Origin: an uncultured Parabacteroides sp.
GTDB taxonomy: Bacteria; Bacteroidota; Bacteroidia; Bacteroidales; Tannerellaceae
Direction of reading: 5' to 3'
DNA: 64,000 bases
NCBI GenBank assembly: GCA_944326775.1
Contig: CALVFH010000001.1
Coordinates: 402 to 64,401, forward strand
Both the position numbers and the translations under genes were made by a program. This document shows, piece by piece, positions 19,352 to 29,751 of this stretch; positions within the stretch are counted from its first letter, which is position 1, and each line of letters begins with the position of its first letter. The notes under the pieces were generated by a model. That model made no database searches. It had not been told where the DNA came from and saw only the letters and a program-made list of their open reading frames with translations.

Positions 19352-19402
19352 CAACCGCAATCGAGGCCGAAAGCGCTCGGCGCCACTCGAAAGCAAAGCA
19401 AT

Positions 19403-19475
<73 letters not shown>

Positions 19476-19496
19476 CATCGCTTGAAGCGAATGGAT

Positions 19497-19581
19497 GCTC
19501 GAATGGTGGAATCGGTAGACACGAAGGACTTAAAATCCTTTGGCTATTGCAGCTGTGCGGGTTCAAGTCCCGCTTCGAGTA
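19497..19581 (+). tRNA. tRNA-Leu(TAA)
   Basis: GCTCGAA/TTCGAGT acceptor stem, aagga-ctTAAaa-tcctt arm, long variable arm, GGTTCAAGTCC. Confidence 0.95.
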
Positions 19582-19593
19582 CAAAGAATTGTT

Positions 19594-19666
<73 letters not shown>

Positions 19667-19695
19667 CGAATATTATAAGTTCCCATAAGTACGTT

Positions 19696-19731
19696 CCCCC
19701 CGTGGATTCTTAGGAGTCGCGGGGGGTTTTT
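19696..19731 (+). terminator. Terminator of the tRNA operon
   Basis: C6...G6 closed GC-rich hairpin followed by a T-run. Confidence 0.7.
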
Positions 19732-19754
19732 AATTTAATCCATTAAGCCCTCAC

Positions 19755-20273
19755 ATGATGAACAAGTTATTTTTCACCCTTCTGTTCAGCCTCTGCTGCC
19801 TGGTTGCCAGCATGGCATCCAATCCAGACGACACCTATCCCACTCCCGAGCGCCTTTTTCACATCGCCCGCAGCCTGAACCGCAACTTGGTCTGCTATGA
19901 CGCGAACCTCGTAGGTGGCGAGCTCGACCCCGAAGCACCCATCAAAGTCTATTGGCTCAATCGGACCGACCGCCCGGGGCATACCAACGGACTGAATTTT
20001 ATCCAGAAGAAACTGGCTTACGGCTACAAGGTAGTCGGTGGGCAGGACGATACCTACCAGGTGACGCTCTCCGCCTATCCATCGCGCGAAATCACCATCC
20101 GCAAAGACGGCGAGCATTACGTCGGCATCATCCGCATCAACGGCGTGGAAGCGCGGCTCACCTCCCTCTATGTGCAGCTGAAACCGAACAGCTCCATCAA
20201 CGTCGATTACGTGGAACTGATTGGCAACGCCCTCTCCTCGGGTGAAGAAGTCCGGGAAAAGATATACAATTAA
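19755..20273 (+). CDS. DUF4833-like secreted protein
   Basis: Signal peptide; RLFHIARSLNRNLVCYD, PIKVYW, LAYG motifs. Confidence 0.7.
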   Translation: MMNKLFFTLLFSLCCLVASMASNPDDTYPTPERLFHIARSLNRNLVCYDANLVGGELDPEAPIKVYWLNRTDRPGHTNGLNFIQKKLAYGYKVVGGQDDTYQVTLSAYPSREITIRKDGEHYVGIIRINGVEARLTSLYVQLKPNSSINVDYVELIGNALSSGEEVREKIYN

Positions 20274-20356
20274 GCCACCCGCAGTGCTTGCAGATTGCAA
20301 AGTTTTCCCTACCTTTGGCTGAAAATTTTTTCATTCTAACATTAAATATAAGCATC

Positions 20357-21115
20357 ATGAACAAATTACTTCTCTTAGCGGGCGCCATCTGCGGCTTCAC
20401 ATTTGCCGCCAACGCCCAGGAAGGCGGGCACGTTGCCCCCGAATGTACAGAATGGTATTCACCGAAACCGCCGAAAGTTATCCCGGCCGAAAAACCGGGC
20501 GACGCCCCATCTGACGCCATCATCCTCTTCGACGGCAAAGACCTCTCGAAGTGGGTTTCTCCAGTCAAAGACGGAAAGCCGGTCGCTGCCAAATGGAAGG
20601 TTGAAGACGGCGCCATCGTCGTAGAACCGGGCTCGGGACCAATCCAGACGAAAGAATATTTCGGCGACTGCCAGCTCCACATCGAGTTCAAGACCCCGCA
20701 GCCAGGTCCCAACAACACGCTCCAGATGAAAGGCAACAGCGGCATCTTCCTGCAGAGCATCTACGAAGTGCAGGTACTGGACGGACAGGACAATCCGACC
20801 TACGTCAACGGCATGGTGGGCAGTATCTACAAACAAGTAGCCCCGCTGGCCGACGTCTTCACCGGCACCGAGAAATGGCAGGTATATGACATCTATTGGA
20901 AGGCCCCGAAATTCGGCACCGACGGCGTTTTGGAATCGCCCGCCATGGTGACCGTCGTCCTCAACGGTGTCTTGGTCCAGAACAACTACATCCTGAAGGG
21001 AACCACCCCCTACATCGGCTTCCCGACCTATAAGGCACACGGCCGCCTGCCACTCTTGCTGCAAGACCACGGCGTCCCCGTCGCTTTCCGGAACATCTGG
21101 ATCCGCAATCTGTAA
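20357..21115 (+). CDS. DUF1080 / 3-keto-disaccharide hydrolase family protein
   Basis: Signal peptide; PSDAIILFDGKDLSKW, GNSGIFL, LQDHG..VAFRNIWIR. Confidence 0.85.
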   Translation: MNKLLLLAGAICGFTFAANAQEGGHVAPECTEWYSPKPPKVIPAEKPGDAPSDAIILFDGKDLSKWVSPVKDGKPVAAKWKVEDGAIVVEPGSGPIQTKEYFGDCQLHIEFKTPQPGPNNTLQMKGNSGIFLQSIYEVQVLDGQDNPTYVNGMVGSIYKQVAPLADVFTGTEKWQVYDIYWKAPKFGTDGVLESPAMVTVVLNGVLVQNNYILKGTTPYIGFPTYKAHGRLPLLLQDHGVPVAFRNIWIRNL

Positions 21116-21134
21116 GACATAAAAGGACATATAT

Positions 21135-21175
21135 AAAAAAGCCAACTGACTTTACACGATCAGCTGGCTTTTTTT
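21135..21175. terminator. Bidirectional terminator between DUF1080 and pfkA
   Basis: A6-gccaactga...tcagctggc-T7 between convergent genes. Confidence 0.8.
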
Positions 21176-21198
21176 ATGGAGTATTGAGGAGGAAAATC

Positions 21199-22176
21199 TT
21201 AAATCGAGGAGATGCGCAGAGCATTCAGCAAGTCACGATTGATGGGCTTGTCGTTCTTGATGGCTTTCGAGAACGGCACGTTAACAATCTGATCGTTCTG
21301 GACGCCAATCATCACATTGCGCTGCCCGTCGAGCAAGGCGTCGATAGCAGCCACACCCATACGCGTAGCCAGGATACGGTCCTGAGCCGAGGGAGAACCG
21401 CCACGCTGCAAGTGCCCAAGGATAGACACGCGTACATCAAACTGCGGATATTCTTTCTTCACCCGTTCAGCCACGCCCATGGCGCCGCCCGTCACGTCGC
21501 TTTCAGCCACCAGCACAATACTGCTGTTCTTAGACTTCCGGAAGCCTGTTTCAATCATTTCAGCCAGTTGATCTTTCTCCAAAGAGATTTCCGGAATAAT
21601 AGCCGCTTCAGCACCCGAGGCAATCGCACCGTTCAGAGCCAGGAAGCCGGCATCGCGCCCCATCACCTCTATAAAGAACAGACGCTCGTGGGAGGTCGCC
21701 GTGTCGCGGATTTTATCCACACATTCCATGATGGTGTTGAGAGCTGTATCGTATCCGATAGTCACGTCTGTGCCGAACAGATCGTTGTCAATCGTTCCGG
21801 GCAGACCAACAATCGGCAGGTTATATTCTTCTGCAAAAATTCTTGCACCCGTCAATGAGCCATCGCCACCGATTACGACCAGCGCATCGATGCCGTGCTC
21901 TACTAATTTGTCGTAAGCCTGTTTGCGGCCTTCGGGAGTTTTGAATTCTGCGCACCGGGCGGTTTTCAGAATCGTGCCACCGCGCTGGATGATATTGCTG
22001 ACGTTTTGAGTCTTGAACTCCACAATCTCATCAGTAATCATACCTTTATATCCGCGATAGATACCCTTCACGCGTAAGCCGTTGTAGATAGCCGAACGCG
22101 TCACGGCACGAATCGCCGCGTTCATTCCCGGGGCGTCACCTCCGGATGTCAATATTCCGACACAATTAATTGGCAT
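21199..22176 (-). CDS. pfkA: ATP-dependent 6-phosphofructokinase
   Basis: [35 protein letters not shown]. Confidence 0.97.
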   Translation of the reverse strand: MPINCVGILTSGGDAPGMNAAIRAVTRSAIYNGLRVKGIYRGYKGMITDEIVEFKTQNVSNIIQRGGTILKTARCAEFKTPEGRKQAYDKLVEHGIDALVVIGGDGSLTGARIFAEEYNLPIVGLPGTIDNDLFGTDVTIGYDTALNTIMECVDKIRDTATSHERLFFIEVMGRDAGFLALNGAIASGAEAAIIPEISLEKDQLAEMIETGFRKSKNSSIVLVAESDVTGGAMGVAERVKKEYPQFDVRVSILGHLQRGGSPSAQDRILATRMGVAAIDALLDGQRNVMIGVQNDQIVNVPFSKAIKNDKPINRDLLNALRISSI

Positions 22177-22259
22177 ATTTCTAAAGTTTTAAATTAACAG
22201 GACAAAAGTACAAAGTAAATCTGAAAGAAGCCCTATTCCATAAGGAATTTCATAGAAAA

Positions 22260-23138
22260 TTAATTTCTCCCGGCATTGAGTTCCTGCACGCGGGCAGCCA
22301 CCTCTTCCATCAGCCATTTGGGGGTGGAGGTTGCTCCGCATACGCCTACTTTCCGCACCCCTTCCGGCAGCGGGTCGTGAATCTCTTTGGCGTCTGAGAT
22401 GAATCGGCTGTTGGGGTTGGCTTTCCGGCATTCCTCGAAAAGCATCTTGCCGTTCGAACTTTTCTTGCCGGCTACGAAATAAACAAAATCGTGTGTCGAG
22501 GCAAACTTCTGGATGTTGGGCAGGCGGTTGGCTACCTGGCGGCAGATGGTGTCGAAATATTGGAACTCGGTTCCCTCGGCTATCCGGCTTCTGATCGTTT
22601 CAACTACGTGGCGAAAGCCATCAAGCGATTTGGTCGTTTGCGAGAACAGAGCGATTGGGCGGGTAAAATCCAGTTTGTCGGCATCGGCCACACTTTCTAC
22701 GACGATAGCCTGTCCGTCCGTCTGACCTACCAGTCCGTTTACCTCGGCATGACCTTTTTTCCCGTAAATTACGATCTGCGTTCCCTTGTCGCGGGATTCC
22801 ACGTAGCAACGATGGATTTTCTTTTGCAGCTGGAGAACGACAGGGCAGGTCGCATCGACAATCGTAATCTGGTTGCGCCGCGCCGTTTCGTAAGTCGAGG
22901 GCGGTTCACCGTGAGCACGCAGCAGCACTTTCTGGTTACGCAGACGGGCAAACTCCTCGTGGTCGATCGTCCGCAAACCCATCGCTTCAAGCCGCTCTAC
23001 TTCCAGGCTGTTGTGAACGATGTCACCCAGGCAATAGAGGGTATCGGTCGATTTCAGTTCGCGTTCAGCACTCCCGATGGCGGTAACGACACCGAAGCAG
23101 AAGCCCGAACCTCCGTCTATTTCTACTTCTATCTTCAT
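22260..23138 (-). CDS. ispH: 4-hydroxy-3-methylbut-2-enyl diphosphate reductase
   Basis: GFCFGV, IVHN, RAHG, DATCP, HAEV, SSN, GATSTP. Confidence 0.96.
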   Translation of the reverse strand: MKIEVEIDGGSGFCFGVVTAIGSAERELKSTDTLYCLGDIVHNSLEVERLEAMGLRTIDHEEFARLRNQKVLLRAHGEPPSTYETARRNQITIVDATCPVVLQLQKKIHRCYVESRDKGTQIVIYGKKGHAEVNGLVGQTDGQAIVVESVADADKLDFTRPIALFSQTTKSLDGFRHVVETIRSRIAEGTEFQYFDTICRQVANRLPNIQKFASTHDFVYFVAGKKSSNGKMLFEECRKANPNSRFISDAKEIHDPLPEGVRKVGVCGATSTPKWLMEEVAARVQELNAGRN

Positions 23139-23833
23139 ACCTGTATATCTTGTATGCGTTGGCGGACTATTTCCAGCAGCCAGGCTTTCTGCTCGGCAAT
23201 GGTCATCTCCGAGTTGTCGAGCACAATGGCGTCAGGAGCTTTCCGGAGCGGACTTTCCTGGCGGGTCGAATCGATATAATCCCGTTTCTTGACATTTGCC
23301 AGAACCTCTTCGTAGGTGGTGTTCTCTCCTTTGGCTTTCAACTCGTCCAAGCGGCGGCGGGCACGAACTTCGGGTGAAGCCGTGACGAAAAGCTTCAGTT
23401 CGGCATCAGGGAAGACGGTAGTGCCAATGTCGCGTCCGTCCATGACAATCCCTTTGGCTTTCCCCATCTCCTGTTGTTGGGCAACCATGGCCTGGCGGAC
23501 AAATTTCAGGGCAGCGACCAGACTGACTTTGTCGGAGACTTCCATGCTGCGGATGTCGCGCTCAACGTTCACGCCGTTCAGATAAGTATCGGGGCGTCCG
23601 GTTTGTGGGTTCAGTCGGAACGCAATATGGATTGACGGGAGAGCCTGGCGAAGGGCATCTTCCTTGATGGTCTCGCCGGAAAAGTAGCCATGTTGCAAGG
23701 CATAAAGAGTGACGGCACGGTACATAGCGCCCGTATCGATGTAGATATACCCGATTTCTTTAGCCAAGTCTTTGGCCATCGTGCTTTTCCCGCTCGATGA
23801 ATGTCCGTCGATGGCTATGATAATTCGTTTCAT
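23135..23833 (-). CDS. cmk: Cytidylate kinase
   Basis: [34 protein letters not shown]. Confidence 0.96.
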   Translation of the reverse strand: MKRIIIAIDGHSSSGKSTMAKDLAKEIGYIYIDTGAMYRAVTLYALQHGYFSGETIKEDALRQALPSIHIAFRLNPQTGRPDTYLNGVNVERDIRSMEVSDKVSLVAALKFVRQAMVAQQQEMGKAKGIVMDGRDIGTTVFPDAELKLFVTASPEVRARRRLDELKAKGENTTYEEVLANVKKRDYIDSTRQESPLRKAPDAIVLDNSEMTIAEQKAWLLEIVRQRIQDIQV

Positions 23834-23920
23834 TGGAGTTCATTTTAAAAGACGTGCAATATTCGGAATTTTTCCTGACATCTACAAATGCAAATACAGA
23901 TGAGGAATCAGCTCCCACTT

Positions 23921-25264
23921 TTATCTCGATTTCAATTTGGCCACATGTTTCCAGAGAAATATCCAGGCAACTACGGCAGCCAGAAAATCGGAGAATGGTC
24001 CGGCCAGCCAAACCCCGTCTAATCCGAAGGCCAGAGGCATCAGGAGGGTAGCGGGAATCAGAAAGATACACTGGCGGCTAAGGCTCAGGAACATGGCTTT
24101 CCAGGCAATACCGATACTTTGGAAAAATTGGCTGATGGCCAGTTGCGAGCCCACGACCAGGAAGGCCAGCAGATTCAGGCGCAGTCCGTTGGCGGCGATA
24201 CGGGTCAGCTCCTCGTCGTTGGTGAATCCCTTGACGATAAGTTCCGGACAGAAGAAGCTGAGCAGGAAGCCGATACCGGTGATAACGGTCGATAGCTTGA
24301 TGACTTTGTAGAGGGTCTGCTGCACCCGCTCGTGATGTCCGGCTCCGTAGTTGAAGCCTACGATGGGTTGCATCCCCTGAGCTATCCCGATGACCAGCAT
24401 GACGACAAGCATGGCCACACTGGTGATAATGCCGCAGGCACCGATGGCAAGGTCGCCTCCGTAGGTCTTCAGCGCATGGTTCATGACGACATTCACCAAG
24501 CTGCCCGCCAACTGCATGGAGAACGGAGAAATCCCGATAGCGATAATGGCCCAGATGATGCGACGGTCCAACTTCAGACATTCGCGCCGAAAATGAATGA
24601 GACTGTCCCGGCTCAGGAAGTGCCCCATGACCAAAGCGGCTCCGACGGCCATCGAGATAACGGTAGCAATGGCTGCTCCCCGAATACCCATATCAAAGAC
24701 AAAGATAAAAATCGGGTCGAGAATAATGTTCATGACCGCTCCCGCCAGCATCGTCAGCATGGCTTTCTTCGGATAGCCCGAGGCACGCATGACGGCGTTG
24801 AAACTAAAGCTCAGGGAAGCCAGGATGTTTCCCGGCACGACAATATACAGGTAGTCCTTGGCATAAGGTATCGTCTGTTCGCTCCCCCCGAAGGCTTTCA
24901 GCAGCGGGTCCATGAAGAGCATACAGGGCGTGATGGTCAGGACAGCAATGAGGAAGGTCAGTGTCAGAGCATTTCCCAAAATCCGTTCCGCCTGCGGGAT
25001 GTCTTTTCGCCCCAGACAAATGGAGATGTGGGTGGCAGCACCAGCTCCTACCAGCATGCCGAAAGCTTGGAGGAAAAGCAGGATAGGGAAAGTCAGCGTC
25101 AGCCCCGATATGGCCAGCGGACCTACCCCTTGTCCGATAAATACACGGTCCACAATGTTGTACAAGGCATTGACCATTGTCCCGATAACAGCGGGAATCG
25201 CATAGAAAAGCAGGAGCCGGCCAATATTCTCGTGCTCCAGCTTCCAAGTGATTTCGTTCTTCAT
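23921..25264 (-). CDS. MATE family efflux transporter
   Basis: About 12 hydrophobic segments; LYNIVDRVFIG, NIILDPIFI, GAAIATV. Confidence 0.92.
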   Translation of the reverse strand: MKNEITWKLEHENIGRLLLFYAIPAVIGTMVNALYNIVDRVFIGQGVGPLAISGLTLTFPILLFLQAFGMLVGAGAATHISICLGRKDIPQAERILGNALTLTFLIAVLTITPCMLFMDPLLKAFGGSEQTIPYAKDYLYIVVPGNILASLSFSFNAVMRASGYPKKAMLTMLAGAVMNIILDPIFIFVFDMGIRGAAIATVISMAVGAALVMGHFLSRDSLIHFRRECLKLDRRIIWAIIAIGISPFSMQLAGSLVNVVMNHALKTYGGDLAIGACGIITSVAMLVVMLVIGIAQGMQPIVGFNYGAGHHERVQQTLYKVIKLSTVITGIGFLLSFFCPELIVKGFTNDEELTRIAANGLRLNLLAFLVVGSQLAISQFFQSIGIAWKAMFLSLSRQCIFLIPATLLMPLAFGLDGVWLAGPFSDFLAAVVAWIFLWKHVAKLKSR

Positions 25265-25266
25265 CG

Positions 25267-27294
25267 TTAGCCTCTGTAGTAATATCTTGGTTCACGTTCG
25301 CGTTCCTGGATAAAACCGTTGCGGTAGGCATAGAGCAGCTTTTCCAGGTCGCGTATCTGCATCTGCAATTCAGCTCCCTTGTCGGTATCTTTTACCATCT
25401 GGCGGTGCGAGCTGAGCTCCACGACAATGGTCGTCGAGCGGATGTCCAGTCCCTCTTCGATGGCTTTGGCGGTCGATTCGAAAGGCTCGTGCTGGACCAG
25501 CTGGAAGCCGCGCGAATGATAGACCAGCGTATAGCCGGCAATGCCTGTCTCGGTATGGTAGGCTTTGGAGAATCCGCCGTCGATGACCAGCAGCTTTCCG
25601 TTGGCCTTGATGGGGTTCTCACCTTTGATAGAGCGGACCGGGACATGGCCGTTGATGATGTGGCGGTGTTCGCCCGTCACGCCAAATTCGTCCAAGAGCA
25701 TGTCGCAGATACGTTCTTCCGTCCGCAGGGTATAGTAGAAACCTTTCTCTTCCTTATGGGTTTCCTTGTCTTCAATGAAGCAGCGTTCGAAGGTAGCCAT
25801 CCGGCTCTTGTCGAAGAGTGGTGAATCGGCCCCGCACCAGAGGTACCAGACATAGTCCATCGCAAACTGTTGCTCGGGTGTTTCTTCCGTTTCAAAGTAG
25901 GCGGTACGCACCAGTTGGTCAACCCGGTCGAGCAGCGCCTTCCCTTTGTAGCAGGCACCATCGACACAAACCTCTTTCAAGGTGCCGTCTTCGTTGAGAG
26001 GAACCGAGGCATGGAACAGCAGGTTGGAATTGCAGACCGTGTACATGCTCCCGTGGCGGAAAAGGCAGCGGACATGCTTATGGAGTTTCTCGCTGCTCTT
26101 GAACGAATGGAGCATCCGCTGCATCAGGTCTTCTTCGTCGATGGAGAGGCGGTAAGGATCTTTCGGGTCGAGGGTAGGCCAGAACGTGTCGCGCAACGGG
26201 TATTCTTTCCCGTCGGCAAGGCGGATAGTCCCTTTCTTCAGGTCCATGCGGTGGAGCAGCAGGCGGTCGTCCATCTTGAACTCCGGCCGGCGACGGATAA
26301 TTTCCCCTTCGAGCTTAAACTGGATGACCGTTATGGCTTTCTGCATTTGCGAAATCAGGCGGATAGTCTTCTCGTCGAATCGTCCGTCCGAGGCGTCGGT
26401 CTTGGGCAGGAACAGTTCGCAGGGGTCGTTGGCATAAGTCTCCATGGCAAAGGTAGCCAAGGGCAACAGGTTAATCCCGTAGCCGTCTTCCAAGGTAGCC
26501 AGGTTCCCGTAGCGCAGACACATGCGGATGACGTTGGCAAGGCTCCCCATATTGCCGGCAGCGGCTCCCATCCAGAGAATGTCGTGATTGCCCCACTGGA
26601 TGTCGAAGCTATGGTAGTCGCAAAGCGTGTCCATGATGATGTGCGCCCCCGGCCCGCGGTCGTAGATGTCGCCGATAACGTGCAGCTGGTCGATGGTCAG
26701 CCGCTGAATCAGGTTGCAGATGGCAATGATAAACTCGTCAGCCCGCCCGGTCGAGATGATGGTGTTAATGATTTTATCGACATAAGCCGATTTGTTCGGT
26801 TCCATCGACGATTCGTGCAGCAGCTCCTGAATGATGTAGGAAAACTCCCTCGGCAACGCTTTCCGCACTTTCGAGCGGGTATATTTTGACGAGACGTTGC
26901 GGCACACGCGCACCAGCTGGTTCAGCCGAATCATATACCAGTCGTCTATCTCCTTTTCTTTTGCCTTCACCAGCTCCAGCTTGGCTTCGGGATAATAAAT
27001 CAGCGTACACAGCTCTTTCTTTTCGCTTTCACGGAGCGTAGTACTGAAGATTTCGTTCACCTTGCGCTTGATGGCTCCCGACGCATTCCGCAGCACATGG
27101 ATGAACGCTTCATATTCGCCATGCACGTCACTCAGAAAATGCTCCGTTCCTTTCGGCAAGTTCAGGATCGCTTCCAGGTTGATAATTTCCGTGCTCGCGT
27201 CGGCAATTGTCGGAAAGCTGCGCGAGAGCAGTTGCAGGTAGCGCAAATCGGCCGTTATCATTTCCGGAGTAATATCTTTTGTCATATTTGTCAT
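25267..27294 (-). CDS. fbp: Class 3 fructose-1,6-bisphosphatase
   Basis: NLPKGTEHFLSDVHGEYEAF, GDIYDRG, WGNHD, NGHVPV, IDGGFSKAY; TACCTTTG at 27316-27323 argues against the 27345 start. Confidence 0.94.
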   Translation of the reverse strand: MTNMTKDITPEMITADLRYLQLLSRSFPTIADASTEIINLEAILNLPKGTEHFLSDVHGEYEAFIHVLRNASGAIKRKVNEIFSTTLRESEKKELCTLIYYPEAKLELVKAKEKEIDDWYMIRLNQLVRVCRNVSSKYTRSKVRKALPREFSYIIQELLHESSMEPNKSAYVDKIINTIISTGRADEFIIAICNLIQRLTIDQLHVIGDIYDRGPGAHIIMDTLCDYHSFDIQWGNHDILWMGAAAGNMGSLANVIRMCLRYGNLATLEDGYGINLLPLATFAMETYANDPCELFLPKTDASDGRFDEKTIRLISQMQKAITVIQFKLEGEIIRRRPEFKMDDRLLLHRMDLKKGTIRLADGKEYPLRDTFWPTLDPKDPYRLSIDEEDLMQRMLHSFKSSEKLHKHVRCLFRHGSMYTVCNSNLLFHASVPLNEDGTLKEVCVDGACYKGKALLDRVDQLVRTAYFETEETPEQQFAMDYVWYLWCGADSPLFDKSRMATFERCFIEDKETHKEEKGFYYTLRTEERICDMLLDEFGVTGEHRHIINGHVPVRSIKGENPIKANGKLLVIDGGFSKAYHTETGIAGYTLVYHSRGFQLVQHEPFESTAKAIEEGLDIRSTTIVVELSSHRQMVKDTDKGAELQMQIRDLEKLLYAYRNGFIQEREREPRYYYRG

Positions 27295-27404
27295 AACTGT
27301 ATTCTTTTTCTTTTGCAAAGGTAAGTATTTTTCAAGGAATGCCATGTGTTTTTAAATCTCTCTCCTTTTCGTTAATTTTGTATGGAACTTTTAAAATTAG
27401 CACT

Positions 27405-28406
27405 ATGGAGAATCAGGGGGAGATTATTTTATACCAGCCGGATGAGACCGTTAAGCTGGAAGTACGATTGGAAGATGAAACCGTTTGGTTAACACAAGCA
27501 CAACTGGTCACGCTATTTCAGTCCAGCAAAGCCAACATCAGTGAACACATCAAGAATATTTACGAGCAAAAAGAGTTGGAGGAGAGCGCAACTGTTCGGG
27601 ATTTTCGAACAGTTCGGCTCGAAGGGAACCGCCGTGTTTCCCGCAAACTCACGCACTACAACCTGGATGCCATTATCTCCATCGGTTTTCGCGTGAACAG
27701 CAAAAGGGGGATCCTCTTCCGCCAATGGGCCAACCGCGTCCTCAAATATTATCTGTTGAAAGGCTACACCCTCACGCAGCGCATGGAACACCTGGAGGAG
27801 AAGTTCAACAAGCAGGTCCGCATCTACGACAACGAACTGCAGAAAATCAACAACCACATCGACTTCTTCGTCCGCACCTCGCTGCCGCCCATCGAGGGGA
27901 TTTTCTATAATGGCCAGATTTTCGATGCTTATAAGTTTGCGGTCGATCTGATCAAGACTGCCCGGAAATCAATCTTGCTGATTGACAACTTTGTGGACGA
28001 GTCGGTCCTGCTGATGCTCAGTAAGCGGAATGCCGAGGTGGAAGCAGCTATCTACACACGCTCAGTTTCCCCCCAGCTGAGGCTCGACCTGAAACGTTTC
28101 AACCGGCAATATCCCCGCGTCGAGGTGAAAACCTGCCGCGACAGCCACGACCGTTTCCTGATTATCGACGATACGGCAGTCTATCATATCGGCGCTTCCC
28201 TGAAAGACCTGGGAAGGAAGATGTTTGCCTTTTCCAAGCTGGATGTTCCGGCAGAGACTTTTACCAAGCTGCTGCTGGCCGACCTCCCCGAAGAGGAACC
28301 ACCCGCACAGCCTTGCGAGACGGCCGCACAAACAGTTGCGCAAGAAGAAAAGGGTGAAAGGGAAGAAAAAGAAAGGGACGAACCTCCCGGCCCATCCCTG
28401 TCTTAA
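27405..28406 (+). CDS. RhuM-family DNA-binding protein with C-terminal PLD-like domain
   Basis: ETVWLTQAQL..ISEHIKNIY..YNLDAIISIGFRVNS..FRQWA; C-terminal LIDNFVD, HDRFLIID, HIGASLKDLG. Confidence 0.78.
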   Translation: MENQGEIILYQPDETVKLEVRLEDETVWLTQAQLVTLFQSSKANISEHIKNIYEQKELEESATVRDFRTVRLEGNRRVSRKLTHYNLDAIISIGFRVNSKRGILFRQWANRVLKYYLLKGYTLTQRMEHLEEKFNKQVRIYDNELQKINNHIDFFVRTSLPPIEGIFYNGQIFDAYKFAVDLIKTARKSILLIDNFVDESVLLMLSKRNAEVEAAIYTRSVSPQLRLDLKRFNRQYPRVEVKTCRDSHDRFLIIDDTAVYHIGASLKDLGRKMFAFSKLDVPAETFTKLLLADLPEEEPPAQPCETAAQTVAQEEKGEREEKERDEPPGPSLS

Positions 28407-28512
28407 CTAATTGTTATTTGTTATGCTAATGTTGTCTTTCAGTTTTGACATTAGCTTCTATAATTGCTTATATTCATTTGAAAAAAATGATTCTCGCTTT
28501 TTGTTTTTCCAC
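28362..28512 (-). ncRNA. Candidate small RNA (about 150 nt)
   Basis: Minus-strand GTTG-N20-TAATTTTA promoter (28548-28517), internal GCUAAUGU/ACAUUAGC stem, minus-specific terminator at 28374-28399 plus U-tract; no ORF over about 15 codons seen. Confidence 0.55.
28363..28399 (-). terminator. Intrinsic terminator facing rhuM
   Basis: AGGGAUGGGCC-GGGA-GGUUCGUCCCU-UUCUUUUUCUU; three G-U pairs form only on the minus strand; GNRA loop. Confidence 0.75.
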
Positions 28513-28608
28513 GGCGTAAAATTAGAAAAAGATTGGCACATGCACAACTTTCTGCCACTTTTTTTTAAAAAGAATATTTTTCTGCTGCCGCACATGGCGG
28601 GGTGCTCC

Positions 28609-28638
28609 GGAACCATTTCCGCCGTCCGGCTGTTCTAA
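28609..28638 (+). promoter_or_regulatory. Possible ECF (sigmaE-like) promoter for the DUF4251 gene
   Basis: GGAACC-N17-GTTCTAA; no TAnnTTTG seen upstream of 28666. Confidence 0.35.
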
Positions 28639-28665
28639 TAGTGTAATTTATGAAAGGGAATAAAC

Positions 28666-29277
28666 ATGAAAAGATTATTTGTCATCCTGATGGCTGTCCT
28701 GATAGGAACGGCGTCGGGGTATGCGCAATCTGATGAGGGAAGCGACGGGAAGCCACTCTCGAAACGGGAATTGCGCCAGCAGGAACGGGCCGCCCGGAAA
28801 GCCGAGAAAGAAGCGAAAAAGAAAGCCGAAGAAGCCGAAGGCAGGCGCTTGTTCGAGATGGCCAAACAGGCGGTGGACAGCTGCGACTTCGTGGTGGAGG
28901 CCGAGAAGGTGGAGTTCCGCTCAGGCCGGTTTGTCTATGTCAATTCCTCGACCAACTTCGTGTCGCTCCAAGGCAATGAGGCGACTATCCAGCTCTCGTT
29001 CAACATCCCCGTGTCGGGCGTGAATGGCTTGGGCGGCATCACCGTTGACGGGACAATTACGCGGATAGAACAAAAGCAGGACCGGCAGGGCAACATGATG
29101 TATGAAATGATGGTACAGGGAATTGCCGTGTCGGCCAACGTGGTAATCCGCCTGACCGAAGGGTCGAACGAGTGCCGCGTGACGGTCATGCCGAATTTCC
29201 ACAGCAACCGCATTTCGTTCATAGGCTACCTCTGGCCCGGAGCCTTATCGCGTATATTTAAAGGAAGAAGCATTTGA
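28666..29277 (+). CDS. DUF4251-like secreted protein
   Basis: Signal peptide, charged coiled region, NFVS..ATIQL..NGLGGITVDG. Confidence 0.75.
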   Translation: MKRLFVILMAVLIGTASGYAQSDEGSDGKPLSKRELRQQERAARKAEKEAKKKAEEAEGRRLFEMAKQAVDSCDFVVEAEKVEFRSGRFVYVNSSTNFVSLQGNEATIQLSFNIPVSGVNGLGGITVDGTITRIEQKQDRQGNMMYEMMVQGIAVSANVVIRLTEGSNECRVTVMPNFHSNRISFIGYLWPGALSRIFKGRSI

Positions 29278-29344
29278 AAAAAGCCCCGTAACTCAAGAAA
29301 TATGCTTATTTTTGCTGTCCATATAATGTATAGCGATTAAAAAT

Positions 29345-29731
29345 ATGCAATTACCGATAGACCAGAAAGACATCAATAAGTTCCTGTTGATTGGGGACAA
29401 AGTACTTATCAAACCCAAAAGCCCGCAGAGCCAAACCAAAACGGGCTTGTATTTACCGCCTACGGTGCAAGAGAAAGAACGGATTTTGTGCGGATATGTG
29501 CTGAAAGTGGGGCCCGGCTATGCCATCCCCGCCGAACATGAAGACCGGGAAGTGTGGGAGCGTCCGGAAGATACCGAAGTGCGCTACATCCCGCTGCAGG
29601 CAAAAGTAGGCGACCTGGCAGTATATCTCCAAAGCTCGACCTTCGAGATTTCTTTCAATAACGAGAAATATGTAATCGTTCCTCACTCGGCCATCCTGAT
29701 GCTGGTACGTGAGGACGATTTGTTTGAATAA
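29345..29731 (+). CDS. GroES-family co-chaperonin-like protein (no groEL nearby)
   Basis: IGDKVLIKP, TKTGLYLP, GYVLKVGPG, KVGD, SAIL. Confidence 0.8.
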   Translation: MQLPIDQKDINKFLLIGDKVLIKPKSPQSQTKTGLYLPPTVQEKERILCGYVLKVGPGYAIPAEHEDREVWERPEDTEVRYIPLQAKVGDLAVYLQSSTFEISFNNEKYVIVPHSAILMLVREDDLFE

Positions 29732-29751
29732 CGATTATAAAGCGATTATAA

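Noticed and set aside
21199-27294. pfkA and fbp proximity as a co-regulated futile-cycle module
   Set aside because: They are separated by unrelated genes, pfkA has its own promoter (22203-22210), and no shared operator was seen.
28411-28638. 75-aa plus-strand ORF
   Set aside because: TTG start, Phe-rich translation of AT-rich regulatory DNA; better explained by the minus-strand unit and promoters.
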